A DNA stretch of 64,000 nt from Octopus vulgaris (GCA_951406725.2 OX597814.1:103540001-103604000), one strand, 5' to 3'; shown: positions 25,575 to 39,883, counted from the first letter of the stretch. Numbers and translations are program-made. Notes: a model not told the origin generated them from the sequence alone.

Positions 25575-28500
25575 TAGTTTTATTTTTATTGTGTGCTTTC
25601 ACTTCACTACCGAGCGCAGCTCTGTGTGCCTTGAGTATGTGCTGTGATTTGTTGTGATGCTCTGATGGTTACTGTATTGGAAGTGTTTTGCCTAGAATGT
25701 GTGCAGTGCCCAGTAGTGCAATTTTCTGTATGTTATATATATTTGTAAGTCCTGGTGTTCTTGTTATGTATTTGTCTGAATATTTTTTTATCATGCCTAA
25801 TGCATCTACTATGATAAGAATTGTTTCCGTTTTTAGATTCCTCATTCGAGTTACCTCTATTTCCAGGTCTTTGTATTTTGAAAGTTTCTCCATTTCTTTT
25901 AGAGAAACGTTGTCATCTGCTGGTATTGATACATCAATTAGAAAGCATTTTTCCTTCATGATCTCTGACAACTATATCTGGTATGTTGACCTTAATTTCT
26001 CTATCTGTGTGTATTGGCATATCCCAGAGTATGGTTGCTTTCTCGTTTTCTGTGGCCTTTTCTGGTGTGTGCCAATACCATTTTTTTTCTGCTGTTATTC
26101 CATAAGGTTGGCATAGCTTCCAGTGTACGTAGGTCCCACCGCTGTCGTGTCTGTGAATATATTCCTTCTTAGCTAGGACTGGGTAGCCAGAGATAATATG
26201 ATTTATTGTTTCTTGTCCATCTCCACATATTCTGCAGTTACTTGTTATATTTCTTTTCATTACATGTTTTTGGTAATTTCTGGTGGGGAGGCTTTGATCT
26301 TGTGCTGCAATTAAAAATCCCTCTGTCTCTTCTTTGAGTCCTAAGTTTCTCAACCATTGCTGGAATTTTTCTTTGTCTATTTCTTTTGCATTTAGTTTAG
26401 TCCAGTATTTGCCATGAAGGGGCTTGCTTGCCATCGTTTTGTCATGGTCCGTTGCTGTTCTAGTTTTAGTTTTGATTTAATTTGTTTTATAGCTTTTGTT
26501 GTTTCTTCTTCTTCTTCTTCTTCTTCTTCTTCTTCTTCTTCTTCTTCTTCTTCTTCTTCTTCTTCTTCTTCTTCTTCTTCTTCTTCTTCTTCTTCTTCTT
26601 CTTCTTCTTCTTCTTCTTCTTCTTCTTCTTCTTCTTCTTCTTCTTCATATTTGTTAGGCGGTGTGATTTCTTATTTGTATTTGTCAGCTTCCTTAAATAC
26701 TGAGAACAGTTTTTTGTTTAGCTCGTATTTTGCCGCTATTTGTATCAGTTTTCCTTTCTTCAGAAGTAGATATTTTTACAGTCCTATGGTGGTTATTTTA
26801 TAGTAGTTTTCCAGCTGTATAAGGCTTCTACCACCTTCTATACGTTGTATATATAGCTTTTCTATGTCAGATTTTGGGTGATGCATTCTAGATCCTGTCA
26901 TTATTTTTCTTGTTTTCCTATCTATTTTGGTCAGTTCATTTAGTGTCCAATTAAGGATATTGTAGCTGTAACTTATATCTGGGACGGCTAAAGTGTTAAT
27001 ACCTATTATCTTGTTTTTAGCATTGAGCTCTGTTTTTAGTATTGATCTAACTCGTCTGTAGTATTCTTTCTTTATTTTCTCTTTCATTTGTGTGTGTTGT
27101 GTCTTATCTAGTTCATGGATTCCTAAGTATTTGTAAGTTTGGCTTTGGTCTAATTCTTTTATTCCATTGGTTTTATCTAGTGTGATGTTGCTACTCTTAA
27201 CTAGTTTTCCTCTTTTCAGGGTTACTTTGGCGCATTTTTCTAATCCAAATTTCATATCCGTTTCTTTGGTAAATTCATGAACTGTCTTTAGTAGTGTTTC
27301 CAGCTGTTTGTCATTTGTAGCGTATAGTTTTAGGTCATCCATTTATAAAAGGTGGCTGATCGTTTTGCCGTAACATTTATATCCGCATCCAATTCTATTT
27401 AGCATATCAGATAGAGGTGACAGTGCCAAGCAGAAAAGGAGTGGAGAGAGCGTGTCTCCCTGGAATATTCCTCTTCTAATGGGGATGGCTTTGGTTTTCA
27501 CAAGTCCCTCTTTTGTTTGGAGCTGTAGCACTGTCTGCCGTTTATTCATAGAGTGTCTTATGTATTTTATAATTGTTGGTGCTACTTTGTTAATGGCTAG
27601 TGTTTCGAGGATCCACGTGTGGGGGATGCTATCAAAAGCCTTTCTGTTGTCGATCCAGGCCATACTGAGGCCTTTCTTCTTTCTGTGGCTGTCTTCAGTT
27701 ATGGCTTTATTGATCATTAGTTGATCTTTACAGCCATATGAGCCTTTGCGGCATCCTTTCCGCTCTTCTGGAAACAAGTTGTTTTCGTCTAGGTGCTTGT
27801 TCAATCTTTGTGATATTGCTGCAGTAAATGCTTTGTACATTGTAGGGAGACAGGTTATAGGTCTGTAGTATTCTGGTTTTGCTGTCTCATTGGGTTTGGG
27901 AATTAAGATGGTTTTCCCCTTCGTGAGTCATTCAGGCATTGTCTCTGACTCTGCCAGTATGTTGTTAAAGTTTTCAGCCAACTTTTTGTGCATTCCTGTT
28001 AGATATTTCAACTAGAAGTTGGGGATCTTGTCATGCCCAGGTGCCTTCCAGTTGCTTACTCTTTGCAGTGCCTGGCTGACCTCTTCAGTTATTATGGGGT
28101 TCCAAAGTTGCTCAGATGCTAAGTTTGTTGTTTTAATATTCCTTTTTTTTTGGTTGCTCTTTCGCCGACCATATTTCTTTCCAGAATTCTTCCATTTCTT
28201 CTGCCGTTGGTGCTGCAGTGATGTCTATTTTATTTTTGCCAAGTTCTTGGTAGAACTTTTTGGGGTTGGAGTTGAATTGTTTGTTTTGTTGAAAGAAACG
28301 TTGGCGTTTCTCATACCGGCGGATCCTTTGTGCTTTAGCAAGGATATCTTGCTTTAGCTTTTCTTTTATCTCAGGTAAATCTTTTTCTATGATGTTGTAT
28401 TTGCACAGTATTTTTGTTTTCTTTTTGTTGTTTAGTAGCGTTGATTGTTTATTAATTTCGTTAAGAATCGACAGATCTTTTCTCATTTTTTGTATTTTTT

Positions 28501-28790
28501 TATGTTATTTATCCACAGGGTTTGTTTGGGTGGTGGTACTCCTGTTTGCATGGGTTTGAGAGAGTATCCAGCTTCCTTTGTGGCTGCAGTGGCTGCTGCA
28601 TATACTAAGTCATTTAGCTCACTGATATTGCTATTTGTTTCAGTGGCTATTAGTTCCGTGACGGCTAGGTTTATGCTATTTATAATTGATGTTGTTTTTT
28701 TGTCTATTTTGATTTATGGTCAGTGTTCCATTTTGAGATCTGTGGTTTTCAGTTCTTTGATTATTCTACTTATTATTGTAATTATTCTAA
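25572..28790 (-). mobile_element. R4/Dong retrotransposon (family B), 5'-truncated, frameshifted RT-ZnK-RLE
   Basis: ORF pieces 28133-28486, 27343-27840, 26776-27342 (MDDLKLYA), 25934-26434 (CRICG..HIISG..RHD, PDIVV), 25669-25971 (LID..KYKDL). Confidence 0.92.
26503..26646. repeat. (GAA)48 expansion inside the LINE ORF
   Basis: Pure TTC run on the plus strand; in frame as poly-Glu on the minus strand. Confidence 0.9.
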
Positions 28791-28825
28791 TTATTCTAAT
28801 AATTATTCTAGCTATTCTAATTCTA

Positions 28826-28915
<90 letters not shown>

Positions 28916-31900
28916 TTCTTCTTCTTTCAAATTTCCTTCCATTTCTTGCCGTGTGTCTTCCCGACTCCTAGGGCAAAGAAACTCATAGTATACATTGGTC
29001 GGCCATTAAACTAAACTCACTAGTTCGTTCATTTTTTAAATTTCTTTGTTGTTTTTTTATAGAAATAAAGTTAAATTAAAATACATGGGTAGTAATAGTT
29101 CTCACATCGACAATGCTCTTCTCAATACGTGTGATGTACCAGTTAAGACAATCTTTTGTACTTCTTGCAGGGATGGTAAGCCAGGGATCATTCTCATATA
29201 ATTTTCGGTTCCATTCTTGATCATTCCTAGTGCTCCTACGATCACTGGTATTGTAACTGCATTGAGATGCTACAGTTTTTCGATTTCAATGAGCAGGTCT
29301 TTATATTTTCTGAGCTTGTCAAATTCTTTCGCTGAGATATTATGATCACAGGGGATGCTCATGTCAACCAATAAGCAAACTTTATTGTTTTGGTTTTTCA
29401 CAACAATATCCGGTTTATTGGCTTTGATGGTTCGGTCTGTATGTACTGGAAAGTCCCACAGAATCGTTACATTTTCTCCTTCAGTTACAGCTTCAGGGTG
29501 GTGATTATACCACTTGTCGGCAGTTTTGATATTATAATGCCGACTAATTAGCCAGTGTAGATATTGGCCAACTCTGTCATGTCTTAATTTATACTCCACT
29601 GGTGCTAAGACTTTACATCCAGAGATTAGGAGGCCTCGACCTCCTTGGGCTCTGGGGAGGTAAAGGCGATCTACGTCTGCCTTTGGGTGGTGCATCCTAT
29701 TACAACTCAGCAGCTTGCATATTTTCCTATCTATTTTCTTTACTTCACTCATATTCCAGTTCAACACATTGAAGCTATAAGTAACAACTGGAACTGCTAA
29801 GGAATTTATAGCTAACACCTTGTTACGTGCATTTAGTTCAGATTTCAGGACTGCTCGGACTCTCCTATAACATTCCTTCCTGATCTTCTCTTTCATGCTT
29901 GCATACTGAATACCAGAGCCTTCATTTATCCCTAAATATTTGTAGGTTTGTTCTTGCTCAAGCTCTCTTATAACTGTGTCAACATCTAACACGACTGAAT
30001 TTGTGGTCTTCACTTTCCCTTTCTGGAAAGTGGCCTTGGCACACTTCTCAAGCCCAAACTCCATCCCGATGTCATCACTGAATGCTTTCACAGTGCGCAA
30101 TAGGCCTTCAAGTTCATTATCGTCTTTACCATAGAGTTTTAAGTCATCCATATAAAATAGATGGCTTATTTTTTTATTGACAATTTTATACCCATACCCT
30201 GTTCTGTTTAATTCACTTGTAAGGGGTATTAGGGCTATGCAGAATATTAGAGGTGAAAGTGAGTCACCTTGAAAAATGCCACAGTTGATGTTTATATTCT
30301 CTGAGGCAAGTACTCCATTACAGTAGTATAATTGGAGATTCGTATTCCACAACGACATATTATGCTTCAGGAAGTTTGAAATCACAGGGGAAATTTTGAA
30401 GATGTCCAGCGATTTCAAGATCCATGAATGTGGTATACTTCGAAGGCCTTTTATAGTCAATCCATGCGGAGCTGAGATTTCTGCGCTTGTGGTGACAGTT
30501 CTCAAGGATCATACGATTAATTAGCAGTTGATCTTTGCATCCGTATGAGCCTCGGCGGCACCCTTTTTGTTCAATGGGGAAAATATCGTTCTTCTCCATG
30601 AATGCATATGTTTTCTCCGCCAGGATAGATGTTAGGATTTTATACGTGGTGGATAAACAGGTTATACGCCGATAGTTTTTTGGAAGTTTGGTTTCGTTAT
30701 TCTTTGGGAGTAGGTAAGTAATACCACTTGCTAACCATTCAGGTGTTTTCTTTGGGTCTCTCATAATTCCATTGAGCAGCTGAACTAGCTTACCGTGTGC
30801 GCATGGGAGCGATGAGAGCCAGAAATTCGGCACCCTATCTTTACCGGGGGATTTTCAATTATGGGCCTTCGTGAGTGCCTTTCTTAGGTCTGCTATTGTG
30901 ATGTCTTCTCATGCTTGTTGTTGTAAATTTTGGTTGGATCCTTCTGTTTGTATAATCCAGTCTGCATTTATGTTGTACGTCTTCTCGTCACTCCAAATCC
31001 TTTTCCAAAAGTTTTGAACTTCTTCCATGGGAGGGGGGTCTTTAACGGTTACTTTCTCCTTCCCCATTTCTCTGTAGACTTTTTTGGCATTGGATGGGAA
31101 CAGCTTATTTTGCTTGTAAAACTTGTTTCTCTTTTCAAATATTCGTATTCTTTGAGCTTTTACTTGGAATTTTTGTTTCAGCGTTTCTTTTATTGATATC
31201 AGTTCTTCTCTTGGTGAAGATCCGAATTTTCTCTTTATCTTTCTTCCTGTTCTAGATCTTACATCATTTCCACATATTAGTTCATTTAATATTGATATTT
31301 CCCCTCTCATAAATTCAATCTCTTTTTCAATTTTACTTCTCCAGGTTTGATTTCTTCCCAGGTTTGGTTTTCTTTGTTTTTTCGGGGGCATACAGCTGGT
31401 TTCAATTGCCCTAGCAGAAGCGTAAATAATTTCATTTAACTCAGTAAAATCAGGTTTTAATTCTTGTATTATTTCATTTGTTACATAGTTGCCAATTTTG
31501 ATTTGTTTTTTTATTTTGGTTTGTATTTGAGAGTTTATGAAGTGGTTCTCTATCATTCATACTTGTATGTCTTACAACTTCAAGCGTATTCAGGATTTTC
31601 TGCCTCATTTCTGCCATAGACTCTCTGTGTTCTTCAGCATATGCGAGATCTTCAGTTACTGTTGTTTTATCATTTTCCTGACTATCTTTAACAGGTTCAA
31701 TAGAATTTCTTGTATCTTCAGGCCTTTGCGTGCTTTGGTCAGATGACAGTCTTTCGATTAAGCCTCGTGGCGGGCTATTCTGTTCATCTGATTCTTCATT
31801 TCCTTTGTGTCTTATATTTATGTCATTTTCCGTTGCGTGCTTGATCGCGCTTATTTCACTGTCTGTGAGTCTGTTATTTCTAAGGATACCCCTCCTCACA

Positions 31901-33047
31901 TTTGCCAATTTGTTCTCACCCAAATAGGGTCTACTGTCTTGATTCCGTGTTCTCCATATACTGTAAGAGTTTGCGGTGTGTATCTCTTGAGATGGCCTAC
32001 CTAATGCATAGTAATAAGCGTATATTACTTCTTTATACTCTTCTCGGGTCCATTTGTTCCGCTTACATTTTTATTTCTGTGGTGGTTGTGGTGGTGAACT
32101 TGGAGGGCTCGAGTTGGGGAATTTCCCGTTCAAGTGACCATCCATGTCCGTATTTGGAGAAGAGTTTGTGCCAGTTGATGACTTTTCGATCCCAGGCTGG
32201 CTCTTCCCTGAGGGACGCGCTTCCAGATTAACCATAGGACAAATGAGTTGGTATACTGATTTAGTTTTCCTTTTAGTTTCCAAAAACATTTTGGTGCTAC
32301 GATAATGTTATCATTTTTGAGCTCTGAGTGGCTCGCGAGGAGACGGCCATCATTGCCGTTACAATTATAATCGTACCATTATAGCAGCCGTAGCCGGCCT
32401 GTGGTCACTCCTTGTAGTCATGGCAACAGTATATTATTATTATTATTTAGAGGAAGGAGAGGGCAGGTTGGCAGTAGATAGGCAGGATGGCAGTCATACA
32501 GTTAGATATCGTTAGTCTATAAATAGACTCAATAGGAGTAGGCGAGGGGTGAAAGAGTGATTGTACCCATGTGGTCCAGCAAAGGATCGGTCAGCAGAGG
32601 TCAAATATGTGTTTACTACCAACTCACCTTGTGCGTTTTAATTACCGATAGAAAGACAGAAATAAAATACACACACTCACACTCACATATATATAATTTC
32701 TATATATATAAATTGCTTAAATTAGTTATCCGGCGGCGTTTAAGAGTGTTCTTGTAGAAATTTCTGGTTTTTTTTCATATTTGGCTATTCACACTACAAT
32801 GTATATATTAAAGATGATCGTTTGTGTGTGTTTAGCAATTAAAAATTTCTTTTTTCCATAAGATTGTAGATATTAAAGTTTTTAAAGATGATCATTTGTG
32901 TGTTCGTCCAGAGAAAACTGAATATAATCAAGTTTTTAAGCCTGTAAATTGTTTAAGTAAAGATAGCCAGAGGCGTTTAAGAGAAATTTTTTACATATTT
33001 GGCTATTCACAGTAGAGTGTAGATATTAAAGTTCTTAAAGATGATCA
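28916..33047 (-). mobile_element. R4/Dong retrotransposon (family D), near full length with 5' UTR, frameshifts and one internal deletion
   Basis: ORF pieces from ~32289 to the stop at ~29102: KWTREE and KLANVRR N-terminal motifs, [32 protein letters not shown]; 3' end abuts (ATT)n. Confidence 0.92.
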
Positions 33048-33147
33048 TTTGTGGCTGCAGTGGCTGCTGCATATACTAAGTCATTTAGCTCAGTGATATT
33101 GCTATTTGTTTCAGTGGCTATTAGTTCCGTGACGGCTAGGTTTATGC

Positions 33148-33182
<35 letters not shown>

Positions 33183-33699
33183 GTTGTTGTTGTTGTTGTT
33201 GTTGTTGCTGTTGTTGTTGTTATTAATGATATTCCGCCGAAATCAACTTTGACCTTCAGCCTTTCGGTGTCGATTAAATAAGTACCAGGTACGCACTGGG
33301 GTCGGTGTGATCGACTTAACCTCTTCCCCCAAGCTTGCCTCGTAGCAAAAAGTTGAAATCGTTATTATTATCATTGTTATTATCATATGAAAACTTTCAT
33401 CTTATTTTGCTGGGTATGATGGGATGTGTAAGCTGTCCAAAGCCAGCAGAGTAAGGTGACACTTGTTTATTGGTCAGGCTTCAAGAACTCTGCGAACTAT
33501 TCTTCCAGTTCCAAGTAATATTGATTTTTGTAGGTGTTTTACCTGCACCAATCTTTTTCAGTCATGATGGTAGTTGAGTGCTTATACTTCCAAATGCACC
33601 AATTACTACTTTTGGTATCACGTCTACTCTCTTCATTGACCACAACCTTCGTATTTTCAACTTAAAATTATTGTTATTATTATTATAATGGTTTCTGAT

Positions 33700-34211
33700 C
33701 TTAAATGATTGGAAGTGTTATCATGTACATTGTTTTGTCTTGGTATAAAAGATGGGCTACAGCAAATATTCTGCTCAATACCACAGATTTGCTTGTCAGT
33801 TGTTTGATCTTAACCAGTTGACCATGTCCCTTAGTGGCTGACGATATGTGCATCTCTGATCACGAGCAGAAGTAGTGGGGGAGCATCATAGCCATGTGTT
33901 GAGAGGGATTCTTCGGGGTTTGAATAATTCACCTCTGGAAACATGGGTTGTTCTTTCAACATTCTTAAACAACCCTTATTCAGAGACCTTTTGAGTGGGA
34001 TGGGCTACTCAACCTGAAGAAAATTCTAACTGGGCCCCACCTGCAAGGTCATGTGCTGTTTATCTTGATATGAGATCACCATGTCGCGCACATATGGTTG
34101 TGATGCATGTGCCTGGTGTACCCTTATCAGACGGGTAGTCATGATGGGTATATTGGGCTTCGTATATTTTACCCCAGTGTCACTTTGATGGCATGAACTG
34201 CTCTCTCACTC

Positions 34212-34212
<1 letters not shown>
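33700..34212 (+). mobile_element. Non-coding TAA-embedded retroposon, longer copy
   Basis: Same family as 24728-25076; 3' end ctctctcactc followed by (AAT)n. Confidence 0.75.
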
Positions 34213-34268
<56 letters not shown>

Positions 34269-34686
34269 TATTATTATTATTATTATTATTATTATTGTTA
34301 TTTGTTAGCGAATTAACTAATCAATCGTTTCATCAATCATTTGTTTAATCAATCTTGTAATTCAGAGTCCTTCAGTCACAGTCTGCGTCCTTATCCATGA
34401 CCTGACCCCTTCTGCTCTACTTCACTCATCAATTGATTTTTCTGTGTTTTACCTCATTATTCAGAGTTTATAAAACCTGAGTATTGTGTGTGTATATGTG
34501 CGTGTGTGTCTGTGTATTTGTATGTGCTTTGTGCCTTTGTATATATATGCGTGTGTGCTATGTGCGTATGTGATCAAGCTTTTATATTATTCGTTTTTGT
34601 TTCTCAATTCTCGGTGATTTCCAGATTTCAGCTGTGTATGTAAATACACTCACAAACGCACTTATACATACACGTATATAAACGCG

Positions 34687-34735
<49 letters not shown>

Positions 34736-34779
34736 GTACATACATAAATACAAACGTATGTTTGTATGTATACGTGCAG

Positions 34780-35314
34780 GTTTGTATGTTTTGTTTTATG
34801 CCTGTCTTCTCATGCATATACTTGCATGTCTAGACATGCTCATATATACTTAAATGATAAACTTCTGGACGGTCTTACAGATTTTTACAGTTCCAGTGAT
34901 GGATTGGATCCGTTGTCTTCGAATTAGCTTTCTTCTTTCTGGTTTTGAGAAACCTAATTTCTTAAGATTGCTATTTAGGCAGTGTGTTACATATCACAAG
35001 ACCCCAATAATTACAATTATAAATCTGAATTGTAATCTGGATAGAGTGACTGGCGATTTCTCCATAGTTCAGCATAGGTGTTCTCTTTTTCACTGATCTT
35101 CAGCTTTATGTTAACATCCACTGGGCAGTTAATTTCCACAACTGTGCACAGTTTCTCTTCTCTTTCTCAAATCATTATATCAGGTTTGTTGTGTTTACAT
35201 TTTACTGAGGTTTTCACTAGGACATTCCACCAGCATTCCTTTTCATTATGAGTGGCTACAGCTTCTACCATACTGTGGGTTCTTATATGTTTGTCCTCGG
35301 GATTATCCTTCCGA
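34780..35314 (-). mobile_element. R4-like family E 3' end (RLE)
   Basis: DNPEDK..WWNV.VKTS.KCKHNKPDIMI matches 51705-51989; 5' junction abuts (TATG)n. Confidence 0.82.
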
Positions 35315-36276
35315 TGTATGTATGTATGTATGTATGTATGTATGTATGTATGTATGTATGTATGTATGTATGTATGTATGTATGTATGTATGTATGTTTT
35401 AAGTTCCCACAACAAGTGTGTAACTGTTAGTCTCGGATCAAAACTTTTCCTTCAAGGTTAAGTCATGGAAAATGTTTTGATCACTGTCAGACCACATAAC
35501 CTCTTCATATCGGACTGAATTTTTTTCAAAACAATTGTTAGGATGATTCAGAAGTCGCATCCCACTCCATTCAGTGCATGCGCGTAGGAATTTTTAAGTT
35601 GAAAACTAAAATTTTATGAGGTAAATTTTAATATACAGAAATTCCGCACCACAAACAAAAATAGGAATCTCCTCACTAGCCATATAATTAATATCACATA
35701 GTTACACTCCTATGAAAGAAATTCTATCACAGAAACCCTGCTTTTGAAGCTGGAAGCTCATGCAAGAACCCCACGGCATGCCCGCTAAATGAATCATCTA
35801 GCACAGAAGCCATCATTTATAAGAAAGAGTTCAAAGCTATGGACGCAAACCAGAATATTAACCTTACGCAATATATATAGACTGACTGAATGATCCTTCA
35901 AGTAGAAATTTTACCACCACACCACGTCTTTCAGAAACTTCGCAAAACGGAATGCTATAAAGCTTGCACTCATAGTTAAGATCGTATTTCGTAGTTAAGA
36001 GGAAACTATATAAAATCTAACGAAGGCAGTAATAAAAGGATAATATCGAATAAATAAAAATAGAGAACTAGATGAATGAATAATGGAAAAAAAAAAACTA
36101 ATTAAAAATATAAAGTTAAAAGCCTTCCGATTAATTATCGGTCACGTGTGAAAAAGAGATGGGAGGATAATTAATCTACTAATTCAATGAAATAACTAAC
36201 TGAAGGCAAACAGTTTATATTTGAATCAGTTGAAGTGTAAGCTAAATTGTGTGTGTGTATTTGTGCGTGTGTTTAT

Positions 36277-36315
<39 letters not shown>

Positions 36316-36420
36316 TGTGTTCCTTAAATATAAGGAAATATTTCTTTTGAAAAAGTAATAATGACATAAAGGAAAGAAGAAATTATTATTTTTAAATCAA
36401 GAATTTTCTTATTAATTATA

Positions 36421-36653
36421 CTTTTTATTCTTTTACTTGTTTCAGTCATTTGACTGCGGCCGTGCTGGAGCACCACCTTTAGTCGAACAAATCGACCCCA
36501 GGACTTATTCTTTGTAAACCTAGTACTTATTCTATCGTGTTCTTTTGCCGAGCTGCTAAGTTACGGGGACGTAAACACACCAACATCGGTTGTCAAGCGA
36601 TGGTTGGGGACAAACACAGATACAAATAACACACACACACATACACACGCACG

Positions 36654-36745
<92 letters not shown>

Positions 36746-36786
36746 ACCATGTGGTTGGGAAGCAAGCTTCTTACCACACAGCCACA
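36421..36786 (-). mobile_element. SINE (18023 family), internally deleted
   Basis: Tail 36421-36620 plus head fragment 36745-36786. Confidence 0.75.
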
Positions 36787-37649
36787 AAATTTAGTGGATG
36801 AGGCAATAAGTTATCAGCAAATCCATGAAGGGGCCAGCGGTAAGAAATATTTGCCGATCCCTGATTTAAAAAAATGAACTTATTTTAATTTCATTTCTCT
36901 CAAGTAATATATTCCTTTCGACCGTTTCATATGGCTTAGATTAAAGTCTTACAATGAATTCAATTTAATGGATTTTGTTCATTTTCTTTTAGACTATGCC
37001 CCCCAGCATTGATATCTTGCTAACACAGTATTTCGTTCGATGTTGTCTTCAGTCATCTTTTGGTGATTGAATGAGACAAGTCAGTGATTAAACTAAAATT
37101 TACTTCCATCAACTGAGTTTGCTATTAACGCCTTTGTTATTTTCCCCCACAGAACTTAGTTACAAAATTACTACTTTTTTTAAATTTAAGAGTATCTCCA
37201 AACAGACGAAAACTGGTTTTGCTTAGTTTAAACTGTTCTTGTTCAAACAAATGTTAATTCGATTGTCATGACAACGTCGACATTTCATAGAACTGCCACG
37301 TTATTTATTTATTTCACAGAAGCAGCAATAATACCATATAAATGGCTATAATCCGGAGCGACGTATGGTCAGAAGATACAGCTGGCAAAATAATAATGGA
37401 GAAAGTTGACGTGTCATTATATTTCTGATTTGTTTGTCTTAGAGAAATAAATCTCGAATTTGTTGAATAATCGTCAAACTGCGAAACAAAATCTGTTTTA
37501 CAGCAACTAAATATTATTTGCTAAGTTAACCTGATGGGAAAGACATTTATGCATTGTGAATAATTTAAATATCAAAACATCTATTATGATTTTTTAGTAG
37601 CATTTAATAATCTACTTTAACATACATAAACATTCTCTCTTTCTAGATC

Positions 37650-37680
<31 letters not shown>

Positions 37681-37817
37681 CTTCTTCTTCTTCTTCTTCT
37701 TCTTCTTCTTCTTCTTCTTCTTCTTCTCTCTGTCTGTCTCTCTCTCTCTCTTTGTCTCTCTGTCTCCCTCTGTCTGTCTGTCTTTCTCTCCCTCTCTCCC
37801 TTTCCGCTCAATATATA

Positions 37818-38447
37818 CGGGTCGGATAAAAGAATGAAAACACTTTTTTGGTCCACCTTTCGCATCAATCATGGCTTTAAGGCTTCGAGGAATTGCCTCG
37901 TACAGGTTCCAAACAGTTGATGGAGAAATTTTGAACCGCTCTTCAAGTAAAATCCGCTTTAGCTCTTTCATCGACAGTGGTGGAGGCAAATGGCTCCTTG
38001 CCTACTGCTCCAAAATACTTCATCAATTCTCAATCACATAGAAATCCAGTGATTTGAGGTAGGGATGGGGTGCGGGTAACCCAAGTGCTCTTCAATTTTG
38101 TGCCCTTCATACCAGTTTTGAATAACACTAGCCATGTGAAATGGCGCATTATCGTTCTGGAAGATTGTGCTAGTATCAGGGAACAATGCTTGTGCTATGG
38201 TTATTCAAAGTACTCAGCCCTTGGCGTTAACTTTGCCATGTAAAACAACGAAGGGGTTAAGGGAATTCCGTGATATGGCCACTGAAGTCATCAGAGAACG
38301 ACGATAGATACAGAAAAAAGGAGTGCTGGAGGGCTTTCTCAGACATACACAATGCATATCAATACATACATAAAGACTAGAACAATTTTGAATTTGTCCA
38401 TATTACCAACAGTTAAGTGGGATTTTCATTATTTTGTCCGACCTCTG
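37818..38447 (-). mobile_element. Internally deleted Tc1-family DNA transposon
   Basis: Imperfect TIRs (cgggtcggataaaagaatgaaaa / ttttcattattttgtccgacctctg) flanked by TA; FQNDNAPFH and IPRSLKAMIDAKGG fragments. Confidence 0.75.
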
Positions 38448-38549
38448 TATATATGCGTATTTGTAAATATTTTTGTATTTAAGTATGTATGCATATTTTA
38501 TCTTTTCTTTATATCTTACTGGTTTTAGCCAAAGACTGGGGCCATGCTG

Positions 38550-39030
38550 GGGCACCGCCTTTCCTTGTACTTGGGTTCCTTTTCTGTACTATTTCTGATG
38601 AAGTAGCGAGTTGGACGGGGCTGCTTCGCTCTGTGCCTCCTGTCACATGTACACCTCGCAAATTTCTGTGGCTGTTTGGCAGAATATTGAATAGCTGTGA
38701 ATCCTTAACATTCAAGTTGTAACAGAACTGGTTCCTAATTCCAGATGGAGAAGACGTGTTCTTCGGTGCTATCAAGTGCTGTCTAATTGATATAACTTTC
38801 AATTCCAAACTTGGGAGCGCGACCTTCCAGGATCTTCCGTATGTGTATTATTGCATATTTTTCATGCCATCTCTCTAGACAGATGGGTTTCAGTTCCTTT
38901 AGCTTCTCCCAGTAGTTCTGTTGCACCGATTCAATCTTCTTTGCTTAGTGGCACTGGATTGTCCCGAGTTTACTGGAACAGTAAAAATCTGTAAAACTTT
39001 CCAGGAGTTTATCATTTAAACATATATGAT
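38550..39030 (-). mobile_element. CR1/L2-group LINE 3' fragment, decayed
   Basis: LERWHEKYAIIHIRKILEG..QLFNILP..RNLRGV resembles the post-RT C-terminus. Confidence 0.55.
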
Positions 39031-39819
39031 CATGTCTAGATATGTAACTATATGCATGAGAATACATACATAAAGTATACAAATCTGCACATACATACAT
39101 ACAAACGTACATACATACAAACGTACATACATACATACATACATACATACATGCATACATACATACATACCTACATACATACATGCATGCATACATACAT
39201 ACCTACATACATACCTACATACATACATACATGCATGCATACATACATACATACATACATACATACATACATACATGCATGCATACATACATACATAAAT
39301 ACATTCATACATACATACATACATACATACATACATACATACATACATACATACATACATACATACATACATACATACACTCTAATTCAATCCCAATATC
39401 TGAAGTGGTTTGGCTAAAGCTATAAACTCTAATACTTGTACGTCTTGTGACCGACTAAACTAGAATCAGTCCCACTTAAGATGTGATATATGTTGTCTAT
39501 GCGTTTTTCAATGTCGCAGTTTTTCTCAAGGGAGAAACAATTCTTAAAACGATTCGGGAATTAACACGGCGTGTGGTTTATCTATGAGGAGAGAGAACGC
39601 AGAAACATAATGTTTCGGAAATTCAAATATGTTCAAAGCCCTGCAAATATATTCCTAGAGAGAGAGATTAATCCATCAAGGTTGTAGAAGCAATTTATTA
39701 AACTAAACCTTGTAACCTAAAACTGTTGCAAATATATGAGAAAAACTACTCCTTTCAGACTGTTTATATATTAACATCATAAAACTGATGACTTCTTTGT
39801 ACACATATGCACTATGCAC

Positions 39820-39883
<64 letters not shown>

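Noticed and set aside
39785-39830. CTGATGA near a (TA)n tract
   Set aside because: No downstream stem II or GAAA.
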